Below, piece by piece: positions 1-7,281 of a stretch of DNA of 33,086 nt (position 1 is its first letter; the number at the start of each line of letters is the position of its first letter). The position numbers and the translations under genes are program-made. Under the pieces are notes generated by a model. That model did no database searches, was not told where the DNA came from, and was given only the letters and a program-made list of their open reading frames with translations. Source of the stretch: a virus (Duplodnaviria; Caudoviricetes); the IMG/VR virus record IMGVR_UViG_3300021120_000002, positions 1 through 33,086 of that record. One strand, given 5' to 3'.

Positions 1-114
1 AACAATCATTTTCTTTTTTTCGCCAAGCCCAGCTAAATAACCTTTAGCTTTTGAATAATCCAATTTAAATTTTTCGTAAATATCATAAGCGTTGTATGGG
101 TTAAATTCTTTCAT
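1..114 (-). CDS. hypothetical phage protein (runs off the window edge)
   Basis: Hand-translated: ATG at 114, MKEFNPYNAYDIYEKFKLDYSKAKGYLAGLGEKKKMIV...; ATGA overlap with the upstream ORF. Confidence 0.65.
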   Translation of the reverse strand, partial: MKEFNPYNAYDIYEKFKLDYSKAKGYLAGLGEKKKMIV

Positions 115-257
115 TTGAGATTCAACCAAAGACCAGTTTGACCTATTGCATAGCCAATCCAAATAATAGAATTAGCTGTAGCCCCTTTTTGAAACTGTAG
201 AACTCCGGTGATTAAATACCCAATCCCTGTTGCCCCGACAATGTATTTTTCCAGCAT
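111..257 (-). CDS. small membrane protein, 48 aa
   Basis: Hand-translated MLEKYIVGATGIGYLITGVLQFQKGATANSIIWIGYAIGQTGLWLNLK; AGGGGG RBS; two hydrophobic segments. Confidence 0.65.
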   Translation of the reverse strand: MLEKYIVGATGIGYLITGVLQFQKGATANSIIWIGYAIGQTGLWLNLK

Positions 258-445
258 TTGTATTCCCCCTTGTTTCCATGTTTGTATTGCGTATAAAAGT
301 CATCAAACATTACTTTACTAAAGTTTTTGTCTGTAATGTAGCTCCTAAACCAACTTAATCCTTTTGTGTGGCGTAAGTGCAACAAATACCTTACAGCGCA
401 TTTATGCTTGTGTTCTAGATCGCAATTCCCTTTGTTTGATGACAT
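212..445 (-). CDS. hypothetical protein
   Basis: ORF track; fills the gap in the leftward operon. Confidence 0.5.
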   Translation of the reverse strand: MSSNKGNCDLEHKHKCAVRYLLHLRHTKGLSWFRSYITDKNFSKVMFDDFYTQYKHGNKGEYKCWKNTLSGQQGLGI

Positions 446-1202
446 AATCCTTCATTTCGTAGTAGCTTCCAAAACGAGCTAATTTTGGGTCTTTACCGCA
501 CTCAATTTTATATGCTTCTTCAATTTGCTCATTTGTTACTAACGGAAGTTGTTTTTGTCTAGCAACTTCTTCTTTTACCCATTCGGCTTTAAACCCTGCC
601 CAACCACGCTCACAACACATCTGCATTACATCTGAGAGTGACATCTTAGCTTTGTCAGCTTCTCTTTGTAAACCCTTGTGAGCAGTTTCTGTCCATTTTG
701 CTTTTTTTGCTTTACGAACTTCTAAATAATCTTTAAATAAAGACACATCGACACCTTTAGGTGGTGCTATGTTTTTATTAGTTGTTGTTAAAGGTAAAGG
801 TGATGGTGAAGGTGATGGGCATTCCTTAAGCATTGCTTGTGCATTGCTTGTAGCATTATTTTCTTGTTTATCCCATCTAGCCTGTGCAGCTTTTGATGCT
901 CTTTCGTGCATTTTGGCTTTATTTTGCATTGCAAGAGCCAATTCTTTTTCAACTCTTGTATGAATCCAATAACCATCTGAAATACTAAAAAATTGCTTAA
1001 GCATTGCTTTAGCATTGCCCCAAGCATCAGGCGATAATTTAGAAATCTGAGCTAAAACTTGATCATTGTCTGGTAATCGACCAGATCGCCAATAATCCAT
1101 AAGAAGCAATAAATATGCTCCGTGCTGTTCGGTGGTAAGTCTAGCTGTATCTGCTAGATAGTCCCCAATATAAAGGGGCATCCATATATCTGCTTTTTGC
1201 AT
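402..1202 (-). CDS. phage replication initiator, DUF1376/YdaU-like N-terminus
   Basis: WMPLYIGDYLADTARLTTEQHGAYLLLLMDYW motif, PSPSPSP linker, C-terminal CCERGWAGFKAEW; AAGGA RBS before the ATG at 1202. Confidence 0.85.
   Translation of the reverse strand: MQKADIWMPLYIGDYLADTARLTTEQHGAYLLLLMDYWRSGRLPDNDQVLAQISKLSPDAWGNAKAMLKQFFSISDGYWIHTRVEKELALAMQNKAKMHERASKAAQARWDKQENNATSNAQAMLKECPSPSPSPLPLTTTNKNIAPPKGVDVSLFKDYLEVRKAKKAKWTETAHKGLQREADKAKMSLSDVMQMCCERGWAGFKAEWVKEEVARQKQLPLVTNEQIEEAYKIECGKDPKLARFGSYYEMKDYVIKQRELRSRTQA
825..1026. repeat. iteron-like repeats, putative replication origin inside the initiator gene
   Basis: CTTAAGCATTGCTT occurs exactly at 825-838 and 996-1009, with further GCATTGC copies at 841 and 1012; core AAGCATTGCTT is palindromic. 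Confidence 0.6.
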
Positions 1203-1315
1203 ACAATTCCTTGTCAAAGGTAGTCAAAATAGGGTGGACTTGGCAGAGAAGTGACTAAGTTCCTTTTTGGGTCAAGTAATGAGCTTTTCCCTAGCCTGTC
1301 CATAGATTTTACTAC

Positions 1316-1516
1316 TTATTTCTGTTTTTTAGTTCTTTTTGGCTGAACAACAGTCTCAGTTTCTTCGGGTTTAATTTTATATTCATCAATTGCTTTGGTA
1401 AGGATACCCACAAGACCCCATTGGACAAGGGTTTCAAGCCCTTCTTTGTCAAAGTCAACTTGAGCGTTGGCTGATCCATCTTCGTTTTCCTTAATGATTT
1501 TTACGTCAATTTTCAT
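1316..1516 (-). CDS. hypothetical protein
   Basis: ORF track; GGGGGA RBS; ATGA coupling. Confidence 0.7.
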   Translation of the reverse strand: MKIDVKIIKENEDGSANAQVDFDKEGLETLVQWGLVGILTKAIDEYKIKPEETETVVQPKRTKKQK

Positions 1517-1671
1517 TTTGTTGATCCCCCATAGACTTGATGATCCATATAGTTTAATCGTTCTCTAAGTTGTGATAATTCTTTTGTTAAAAAATCAGTT
1601 TTGTATTGTAATTGTTTAATTTCTTCGTCTGCTCTTGCAAGCATTTTAAGTAACATTTCTTCTTTATTCAT
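1513..1671 (-). CDS. hypothetical coiled-coil protein, 52 aa
   Basis: Hand-translated MNKEEMLLKMLARADEEIKQLQYKTDFLTKELSQLRERLNYMDHQVYGGSTK; ATGA overlaps at both ends. Confidence 0.7.
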   Translation of the reverse strand: MNKEEMLLKMLARADEEIKQLQYKTDFLTKELSQLRERLNYMDHQVYGGSTK

Positions 1672-1901
1672 TGTAGTTCGGGCCAAATAATGTGCCAGGA
1701 CTTAGGAAATATATCCTTGCGAGTAATTAAACCATGCGACTCTTTTTCAAGAGTTGCGCCTAAAAATGCAAATTGCGATGATGGTATGTTGTTTTTTCGC
1801 CACATTGATACAGCATTTGGTGAAATACCTACCAATTTAGCAACTTTTGTAGTACCACCTAGCAAATCAATTATTGCTGAATCTGTTAGTTTTAGCTTCA
1901 T
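1668..1901 (-). CDS. Cro/YdaS-like HTH regulator
   Basis: IIDLLGGTTKVAKLVGISPNAVSMWRKNNIP helix-turn-helix, IWPEL C-terminus; first gene of a divergent operon. Confidence 0.8.
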   Translation of the reverse strand: MKLKLTDSAIIDLLGGTTKVAKLVGISPNAVSMWRKNNIPSSQFAFLGATLEKESHGLITRKDIFPKSWHIIWPELQ

Positions 1902-1907
1902 TCAATT

Positions 1908-1936
1908 ATCTTACATCGTATGTCGTTATTTTGCAA
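1908..1936 (-). promoter_or_regulatory. leftward sigma70 promoter, probably leaderless
   Basis: TTGCAA-17 nt-TAAGAT; 6 nt separate the -10 from the cro ATG. Confidence 0.55.
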
Positions 1937-1943
1937 ATAGTTC

Positions 1944-1971
1944 TTGACAGCCTATGAAATATGCTTACAAT
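1944..1971 (+). promoter_or_regulatory. rightward sigma70 promoter
   Basis: TTGACA-16 nt-TACAAT upstream of the ORF at 2013. Confidence 0.7.
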
Positions 1972-2012
1972 CAATTTTATAGCAATTTCGCTATGTATTT
2001 CGGGGGAACGAA

Positions 2013-2219
2013 ATGGGTGAATTACACCAACTGATGTTAGAGCATGAAGAATTTTTAGAAAAGGCTTTAGATGATATGGAATTCAGTAATGAATTTATGT
2101 CACAAGCGCAAGTTGATTGCATACGCCAAGCGTGTGGTAAGCCACGCAACGCACAAGTTAATCTTGTATTGCGTGATGTTATTAATGACTTTGGCAAAAT
2201 CTTTGGGGGTCAATTATGA
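2013..2219 (+). CDS. hypothetical protein
   Basis: GGGGGA RBS; coupled to the erf-like gene. Confidence 0.75.
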   Translation: MGELHQLMLEHEEFLEKALDDMEFSNEFMSQAQVDCIRQACGKPRNAQVNLVLRDVINDFGKIFGGQL

Positions 2220-2689
2220 ATCAATCAGATTCAATCGCTAAATTAGCAACTGCTTTGTCAATTGTTCAGGGGAAATTAAGCCATGCTAAAAAAGATTCAG
2301 AAAATCCGTTTTTCAAGTCTAAGTACGCTGATCTTGAGTCTGTGTGGGATGCTTGCCGTGATCTTTTGGCTGCAAACGGCCTTAGTGTTATCCAGCTTCC
2401 TGGAGAAACTATTGTAAATACAATAGTAGCTAATGAAAGAGAAACAGTTATTGCAGAAATGTCATTAACAACAATTCTTGCTCATAGCTCTGGCGAATGG
2501 ATAAGCCAACAAATGTCTTTACCTATGTCAAAGGTAGATGCTCAAGGCGCAGGGTCTGCGTTAACTTATATGCGTAGATACGCATTAGCAGCAGTAGTAG
2601 GAGTAGTACAAGCTGACGATGATGCAAATGCAGCAGTAGTAAGCAAGTCTAGTAGTGCAATGAAAACCATAGCCAAAGATATTTTATAA
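2216..2689 (+). CDS. erf: ERF-family single-strand annealing protein
   Basis: [44 protein letters not shown] and DDDAN motifs. Confidence 0.9.
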   Translation: MNQSDSIAKLATALSIVQGKLSHAKKDSENPFFKSKYADLESVWDACRDLLAANGLSVIQLPGETIVNTIVANERETVIAEMSLTTILAHSSGEWISQQMSLPMSKVDAQGAGSALTYMRRYALAAVVGVVQADDDANAAVVSKSSSAMKTIAKDIL

Positions 2690-2699
2690 AGGAAACAAC

Positions 2700-2960
2700 A
2701 TGGCATATATACCTAAAGAAGGCTCAGGGAGTCTATTTAAAAATGATCGCAAGACTACAGATACGCACCCTGATTGGACAGGCACAATTATGGTTAATGG
2801 TAAAGAACATTGGCTTTCGGGTTGGGTTAAAGAAGGCAAAAAGGGTAAGTTTTTTAGCATATCAATTGGCAAAGAAAAACTGCCTATGGGATTTAAAGCT
2901 GCTGGATCGGATGAGCTACCTAAATCTGATCCTTTTATTGATGATAGTGTTCCTTTTTAG
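2700..2960 (+). CDS. putative ssDNA-binding protein (DUF736-like)
   Basis: GSLFKN...HPDWTG...W and acidic DDSVPF tail; adjacent to ERF. Confidence 0.65.
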   Translation: MAYIPKEGSGSLFKNDRKTTDTHPDWTGTIMVNGKEHWLSGWVKEGKKGKFFSISIGKEKLPMGFKAAGSDELPKSDPFIDDSVPF

Positions 2961-2969
2961 GAGATAGTT

Positions 2970-3176
2970 ATGCAGAACCAAATTAAAGACATTATTGAAA
3001 CTAAATACACGGAAAAAGTATGGATGGGGGTCAATGTTGATGAAGAACAACAACTCATTAGTTTTAGACCGGAAGATTTAGCATCAGTCATTAAGGCGGT
3101 TCTGCTTGTTGCAGCAGACTTATGCGTATTTCAAGAAGATAGCATGAGAATTACTAACTACTCTAAGGGCATTTAA
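2970..3176 (+). CDS. hypothetical protein
   Basis: AGGAG RBS; operon context. Confidence 0.7.
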   Translation: MQNQIKDIIETKYTEKVWMGVNVDEEQQLISFRPEDLASVIKAVLLVAADLCVFQEDSMRITNYSKGI

Positions 3177-3415
3177 TGGCCTGCAAAAACTGTAAATTTT
3201 ATGTATTTATGCAAAATGATATGCTTGGTGCTTGTAAGCTCAATCCTGTTGTGGTTAATAAATCGCCATCAGATTGGTGCGGTCAAGAAATCCCAGCACA
3301 ATATGAAGCAGCAATAATTCCAGATGCACCTGTAGAAGTTGTGTATGACATTAACACGGATGAAGTAAAACCAAAAAGGGGAAGAAAAAGTGCTAATAAA
3401 GGACAGTCAAAGTGA
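3176..3415 (+). CDS. small Cys-rich (CxxC...C...WCG) protein
   Basis: CKNC, ACKLNP, DWCGQ; TAATG coupling. Confidence 0.7.
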   Translation: MACKNCKFYVFMQNDMLGACKLNPVVVNKSPSDWCGQEIPAQYEAAIIPDAPVEVVYDINTDEVKPKRGRKSANKGQSK

Positions 3416-4160
3416 GAGTGGGCATTGGTATGACGAATTGGGCAATCCAGCCTACGAAATCATCGGTGCAAACGGAAAACAAAGAGCGACAACCTTACGA
3501 GATGCCAAGAAACTTGGTTTATTGCCCAGCGTTACCACAGTCATTGGAGTTGCAGCAAAGCCAGGACTTGACAGATGGAAACAAGAACAGGCCATCCTTG
3601 CTGCACTTACATTACCTCGCCTAGATGGTGAAGAAGAAAAAGATTGGCTTAGTCGTGTATTAAGCGATTCAAGGGCGCAAGGAAAAGATGCTGCGGCAAG
3701 GGGAACTGCCATTCACAACATCATTGAGAGCTTCTTTGACGGCATTTTGCTGGAATCAGTACCTACCTATTGCCGTAACGTAGAAAACGCCTTACAAGCC
3801 GCTTATGGGGCTAGGGCATGGCTTCCTGAAGTTAGTGCAAGCCATACAGAATTAAAGTTTGGTGGCAAAGTGGATTTATACGCTAAAGCAGACAAGATTA
3901 AAGGTGTGCCAGGCATAGTTGTAGATTTTAAGACTAAAGAAGTCCCTTTGGAAAAGGTCGTTCCATACGATGAGCATATCATGCAAATGGCAGCTTACCG
4001 AGAATTGCTTGGTTTAGAGGGTGCTAGATGCGGAATTATGTTTGTAAACGGCTTAACTAATGAAGTGAAGTTGTGCGAAATCCCAGAAGATGAGCTACAA
4101 AAGGGATTAAAGTGCTTTTTCCACTTGCTTCGTTTTTTTCAGTTAAAATCGGGACTATAG
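3390..4160 (+). CDS. PD-(D/E)XK exonuclease (Cas4/RecE-like recombination nuclease)
   Basis: LPSVTTV, RGTAIH, GKVDL, VVDFKT and QMAAY motifs. Confidence 0.85.
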   Translation: MLIKDSQSESGHWYDELGNPAYEIIGANGKQRATTLRDAKKLGLLPSVTTVIGVAAKPGLDRWKQEQAILAALTLPRLDGEEEKDWLSRVLSDSRAQGKDAAARGTAIHNIIESFFDGILLESVPTYCRNVENALQAAYGARAWLPEVSASHTELKFGGKVDLYAKADKIKGVPGIVVDFKTKEVPLEKVVPYDEHIMQMAAYRELLGLEGARCGIMFVNGLTNEVKLCEIPEDELQKGLKCFFHLLRFFQLKSGL

Positions 4161-4167
4161 AATTTAT

Positions 4168-4221
4168 GGGGCTGGCATTGGTGATCCCCCGCCAAAAATC
4201 CTTCCGTGAGGTGTCAGCCCC
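4168..4221 (+). ncRNA. three-way-junction structured element (putative small RNA)
   Basis: Outer stem GGGGCTGGCA/TGTCAGCCCC enclosing two small hairpins. Confidence 0.4.
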
Positions 4222-4225
4222 ACCC

Positions 4226-4243
4226 TGTTGTAAAAATACAACA
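4226..4243. promoter_or_regulatory. palindromic operator-like site, copy 1
   Basis: TGTTGTAAAAATACAACA; overlaps a possible TTGTAA-17-TATTTT promoter. Confidence 0.55.
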
Positions 4244-4264
4244 CCTAAATTATTTTTAAGAATA

Positions 4265-4306
4265 TTGACCTAGATCAAGATTTTTATTCAAATTCTGTAA
4301 TAAATT
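4265..4306 (+). promoter_or_regulatory. FNR/CRP-family box with -10 element (class II geometry)
   Basis: TTGACCTAGATCAA at 4265-4278 is one mismatch from TTGAT-N4-ATCAA; TAAATT at 4301-4306 places the box centre at -41.5. Confidence 0.55.
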
Positions 4307-4312
4307 ACATAC

Positions 4313-4387
4313 ATCAGGTCAACGACACTATTCAGCTCTATGGCTCTTAGAGATTTCAGACTAAAAAGACTTTGACCTGACTTTTTT
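4313..4387 (+). ncRNA. putative ~75-nt small RNA or attenuator leader
   Basis: TCAGGTCAA (4314-4322) pairs with TTGACCTGA (4372-4380); inner CTCTA/TAGAG hairpin; followed by a T6 run. Confidence 0.45.
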
Positions 4388-4402
4388 AATTTTGGGGGAA
4401 AT

Positions 4403-4507
4403 ATGAAAGCAACTTTAATAGAATTAGCATTAGGTGGCCTTATGGGTCTGGTAATTGCAATCGTTATTTTTGGTGTTAATTATTTACGGACAGGGTATGT
4501 AATATGA
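4403..4507 (+). CDS. 34-aa single-TM membrane peptide
   Basis: Hand-translated MKATLIELALGGLMGLVIAIVIFGVNYLRTGYVI; GGGGGA RBS; ATGA coupling to the next ORF. Confidence 0.65.
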   Translation: MKATLIELALGGLMGLVIAIVIFGVNYLRTGYVI

Positions 4508-4722
4508 TTGATAAATCTGTTTTTTCCATACGAATGATGGAAACCCTTAAAAATAGGGAAATGTTTAAGAATAGAGCGCAGATTACTTTATTGTTAGAAC
4601 GCAGAGGTAAAACTTTAGAAGCAAAACGTAAGCTAATAATGATTGCTAATTCGCCATTGTTTTATGCTTTTGGATATGAATATAACGCTCAAGAAGGAAG
4701 AAATTATGGTTTTGGATACTGA
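4504..4722 (+). CDS. hypothetical protein
   Basis: ORF track, operon context. Confidence 0.65.
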   Translation: MIDKSVFSIRMMETLKNREMFKNRAQITLLLERRGKTLEAKRKLIMIANSPLFYAFGYEYNAQEGRNYGFGY

Positions 4723-4954
4723 ATTTGACGTGCCTGATAGGGCTAATTACAAATGCTATAAATTAGGCAATGTAATGTATATACCCCATTATGAGTTACC
4801 TGGTGTGTTTGTAGGTCCTAGTAAACGTAAAGAAAGCAAGTTTATACGAGCAGATTACGTTGCACGACACTTCTATAAAAGTGAACTTGTAAAGATGGGT
4901 GCTACAGAACATATTGAGCAGCTTTGGACAACTTCAGCAAGGGATCAAAAATGA
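4706..4954 (+). CDS. hypothetical protein
   Basis: ORF track; start reassigned to the ATG at 4706 after AAGGA. Confidence 0.65.
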   Translation: MVLDTEFDVPDRANYKCYKLGNVMYIPHYELPGVFVGPSKRKESKFIRADYVARHFYKSELVKMGATEHIEQLWTTSARDQK

Positions 4955-5166
4955 GCTTATGGGATGAAGCTGGTGAGCTTGAAAAAATCGCTAATCAAAT
5001 AAGCTGTTTAGGCAATGTTTTAGAGTTAGTTGCTGAAAAACTTACAGAAAATACAGAAAGTGGCACTCTTTGGCTTTGTAAAGACGTTTGTGTCAATATT
5101 TCTGAGCGTTTAAATCAACGTATTGTTGCTCTGTTAAACATGGACATGGACAATAAAAAGAAATGA
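4951..5166 (+). CDS. hypothetical protein
   Basis: ATGA coupling at 4951. Confidence 0.65.
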   Translation: MSLWDEAGELEKIANQISCLGNVLELVAEKLTENTESGTLWLCKDVCVNISERLNQRIVALLNMDMDNKKK

Positions 5167-5360
5167 ACGCAAATGAACTAGCTGATTTAATTGGTTTGTG
5201 CGGTGATGGTGGATATAACCAAGATGCCGCCACCATGCTACGCCAACAACAAGCAGAAATAGAAGAATGGAAGCGTAAGTACAAAGATATGCACAACTTG
5301 GCTACACAGACAATGAGCCGAGTGCATCAACTAGAAAAGGCAAAAGCAAATGAACAATGA
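5163..5360 (+). CDS. hypothetical coiled-coil protein
   Basis: MNANELAD...AATMLRQQQAEIE, typical of phage early accessory genes. Confidence 0.7.
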   Translation: MNANELADLIGLCGDGGYNQDAATMLRQQQAEIEEWKRKYKDMHNLATQTMSRVHQLEKAKANEQ

Positions 5361-5634
5361 ACCAGTAGCGTAAATTATAGAATCTGACGAAGAATTTAAA
5401 AATGGTAAAAATTATCCGACTTTGGATTGGTATGTAAAAGATATTTTAAATCTTCCAATAGGAACAAAGCTCTATACCCATCCAGTAAAAGAACTAACAG
5501 ATGATGACATATTAAAATTAGCCAAAAAATCAGGTTTTGTTTTATACAAAAACAATATCGACTGGAGTAGCAATTATGATAAAGAAATAAAGCAATTTGC
5601 TAGAGCAATACTAAAAAGGGCTTCTGAAAAATGA
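5350..5634 (+). pseudogene. accessory gene with in-frame TAA at codon 8
   Basis: MNNEPVA*IIESDEEF...LYTHPVKELTDDDI...FARAILKRASEK; ATG at 5350 is in frame with ORF 5422..5634. Confidence 0.55.
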
Positions 5635-5927
5635 AAGATTTGTTTGAATATAAAGATGGCGAACTTTATTGGAAAGTTAGTCGTGGTCGGCAAAAGGCTG
5701 GCAGTTTGGCTGGTGCAACCATTACAGACGGCTATAAACAAGTTTCTATTAACAAAAAACGATATTTAGTGCATAGAATAATTTTTCAAATGTTTCATGG
5801 TTATATGCCTGAAGCACCTTTAGAAATTGACCATATCAATCGAATTAGACATGACAATAGAATCGAAAATTTAAGGGTTTTAAGTCATGCTGAAAACATG
5901 AAACATCGAAAGGCAAGTGAGAAATGA
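5631..5927 (+). CDS. HNH endonuclease (free-standing, short)
   Basis: YLVHRIIF...EIDHINRIRHDNRIENLR motif. Confidence 0.85.
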   Translation: MKDLFEYKDGELYWKVSRGRQKAGSLAGATITDGYKQVSINKKRYLVHRIIFQMFHGYMPEAPLEIDHINRIRHDNRIENLRVLSHAENMKHRKASEK

Positions 5928-6139
5928 TTGATTATCTTAACAACGGCAAAGTCTTAATTAGCTCTAGGTATGACGAAAACCCACTTAAACCTCGTTATAC
6001 AGAGCACGACCCAGATATGTTAGAGATTCAAAAATGGTTAATTGGCGATCCTTATAAGCTGCGTTTTGAATATTGGTGCAATGTGGCTTATATTCTTTTT
6101 CTTTGTTTTGTAGTTTTAGTGCTTGCGCTTAAACATTGA
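5924..6139 (+). CDS. hypothetical protein with C-terminal TM helix
   Basis: ATGA coupling; hydrophobic C-terminus. Confidence 0.65.
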   Translation: MIDYLNNGKVLISSRYDENPLKPRYTEHDPDMLEIQKWLIGDPYKLRFEYWCNVAYILFLCFVVLVLALKH

Positions 6140-6564
6140 AGCCATTTAGCCAATATTTACACGATAAATATGATGCGCCTGCTCGTAAAGCTGTATCTGA
6201 TTGGGTGCAGATGAAATGGGGAGTAGAGTGTAAAGATAACCCTAATAAGTATGGAGTTGATCTAATCGTTTGTCGATCAGGTGTTCCAGTTGGTGCGCTT
6301 GAGGTAGAAGTTCGTCAAGAAGGGTTTGATCAATTTGGTAGTATTCACAAAGCGCAACGTAAAGACAAGCTAACTCTAGGTAATCTGCCTGTTTTATTTT
6401 TTGCTTTAACTCATGACTTACATCGTGCTTATTGGGCAAAAGTAAGCTCTTTAGAGAATTGCCCATTAATTGAAGTCCCTAACAAATATGTTGCTAAAGG
6501 GGAGTTGTTTTACGACTGCCCCATCAAATTATTTAAAATAGCTGAATTAACAGACCTATTTTAA
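6136..6564 (+). CDS. hypothetical protein, possible PD-(D/E)XK fold
   Basis: YGVDL...LEVEVR motif; TTG start overlapping the previous stop. Confidence 0.6.
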   Translation: MKPFSQYLHDKYDAPARKAVSDWVQMKWGVECKDNPNKYGVDLIVCRSGVPVGALEVEVRQEGFDQFGSIHKAQRKDKLTLGNLPVLFFALTHDLHRAYWAKVSSLENCPLIEVPNKYVAKGELFYDCPIKLFKIAELTDLF

Positions 6565-6764
6565 TATTTTCGCATATTTGGTAAAGGAGCTTCTTTTTGG
6601 CTTGCTTGGTGCGGATGGTGAGCTTTCTCCATAGGCAAAGCAATATGTTTATCTAGCTTTTTTTCTAAGCGTTCTAAACGATCTTCTGTGCGATGCTCAG
6701 AGTCTTTAACATAATGACCTGTTTTTGTAAGTTTTTGCTTATGTTCTTTAATTTCAAATGCCAT
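6561..6764 (-). CDS. hypothetical protein (end of late operon)
   Basis: GGAG RBS before the ATG at 6764. Confidence 0.6.
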   Translation of the reverse strand: MAFEIKEHKQKLTKTGHYVKDSEHRTEDRLERLEKKLDKHIALPMEKAHHPHQASQKEAPLPNMRKY

Positions 6765-7281
6765 TTGCTTCTCCAATCATTTTTAATGCGTTAAATTTAA
6801 CATCTTCAACTCGTTTAAGCCAGCCTTTACCAAATACAGGAAAAGTCTTTAAACCTTCATAAAAGTTAATTTTACGCTGACTAAACGCATCTACAATATC
6901 TTCTGGTTTCTTTTGATCTAAAAGCTGCATAGTTCTTGGGCCAATAGTGCCATCAGGCATACATTGTATGGCTTCTTGTAAGAGCTTTACAGCCCTTCCG
7001 GGCCCCATGTTGACTGCTGCATCAAATAAGCAATAATCAACGCCTAAAGGCAACTGTGGTGCGTAGCAAGCCATCCAATACTTAGCCTTATAAAGTCCTG
7101 ATACTTGATCAGGTGTAAGGTTACGCATAATCTTGTCATCTACAGGATGACCTAGCCATTCTTCAAGAACTCGTTGAGTTACACCTAAATTAGTAACTCC
7201 ACCTGGGTCTTGACTATTATTAACGTAGCCACCTTCTGATTTAAGAACTAAATCAAGGCATTTATCAAAGTTGTTTTGCAC
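6754..7281 (-). CDS. endolysin, glycoside hydrolase family 108 with peptidoglycan-binding C-terminus
   Basis: EGGYVN..DPGGVTNLGVT, FDAAVNMG, DGTIGPRT, FGKGWLKRV. Confidence 0.92.
   Translation of the reverse strand: MQNNFDKCLDLVLKSEGGYVNNSQDPGGVTNLGVTQRVLEEWLGHPVDDKIMRNLTPDQVSGLYKAKYWMACYAPQLPLGVDYCLFDAAVNMGPGRAVKLLQEAIQCMPDGTIGPRTMQLLDQKKPEDIVDAFSQRKINFYEGLKTFPVFGKGWLKRVEDVKFNALKMIGEANGI

Noticed and set aside
4354-4363. TTCAGACTA in the putative sRNA is complementary to intron P7 (UAGUCUGAA)
   Set aside because: Only 9 nt, plausible by chance in 33 kb, and the target is buried in the ribozyme core.
5371-5421. Second mini-intron at the TAA in the EPVA gene
   Set aside because: The frame continues without a shift and no guide sequence complementary to the flanks was found.
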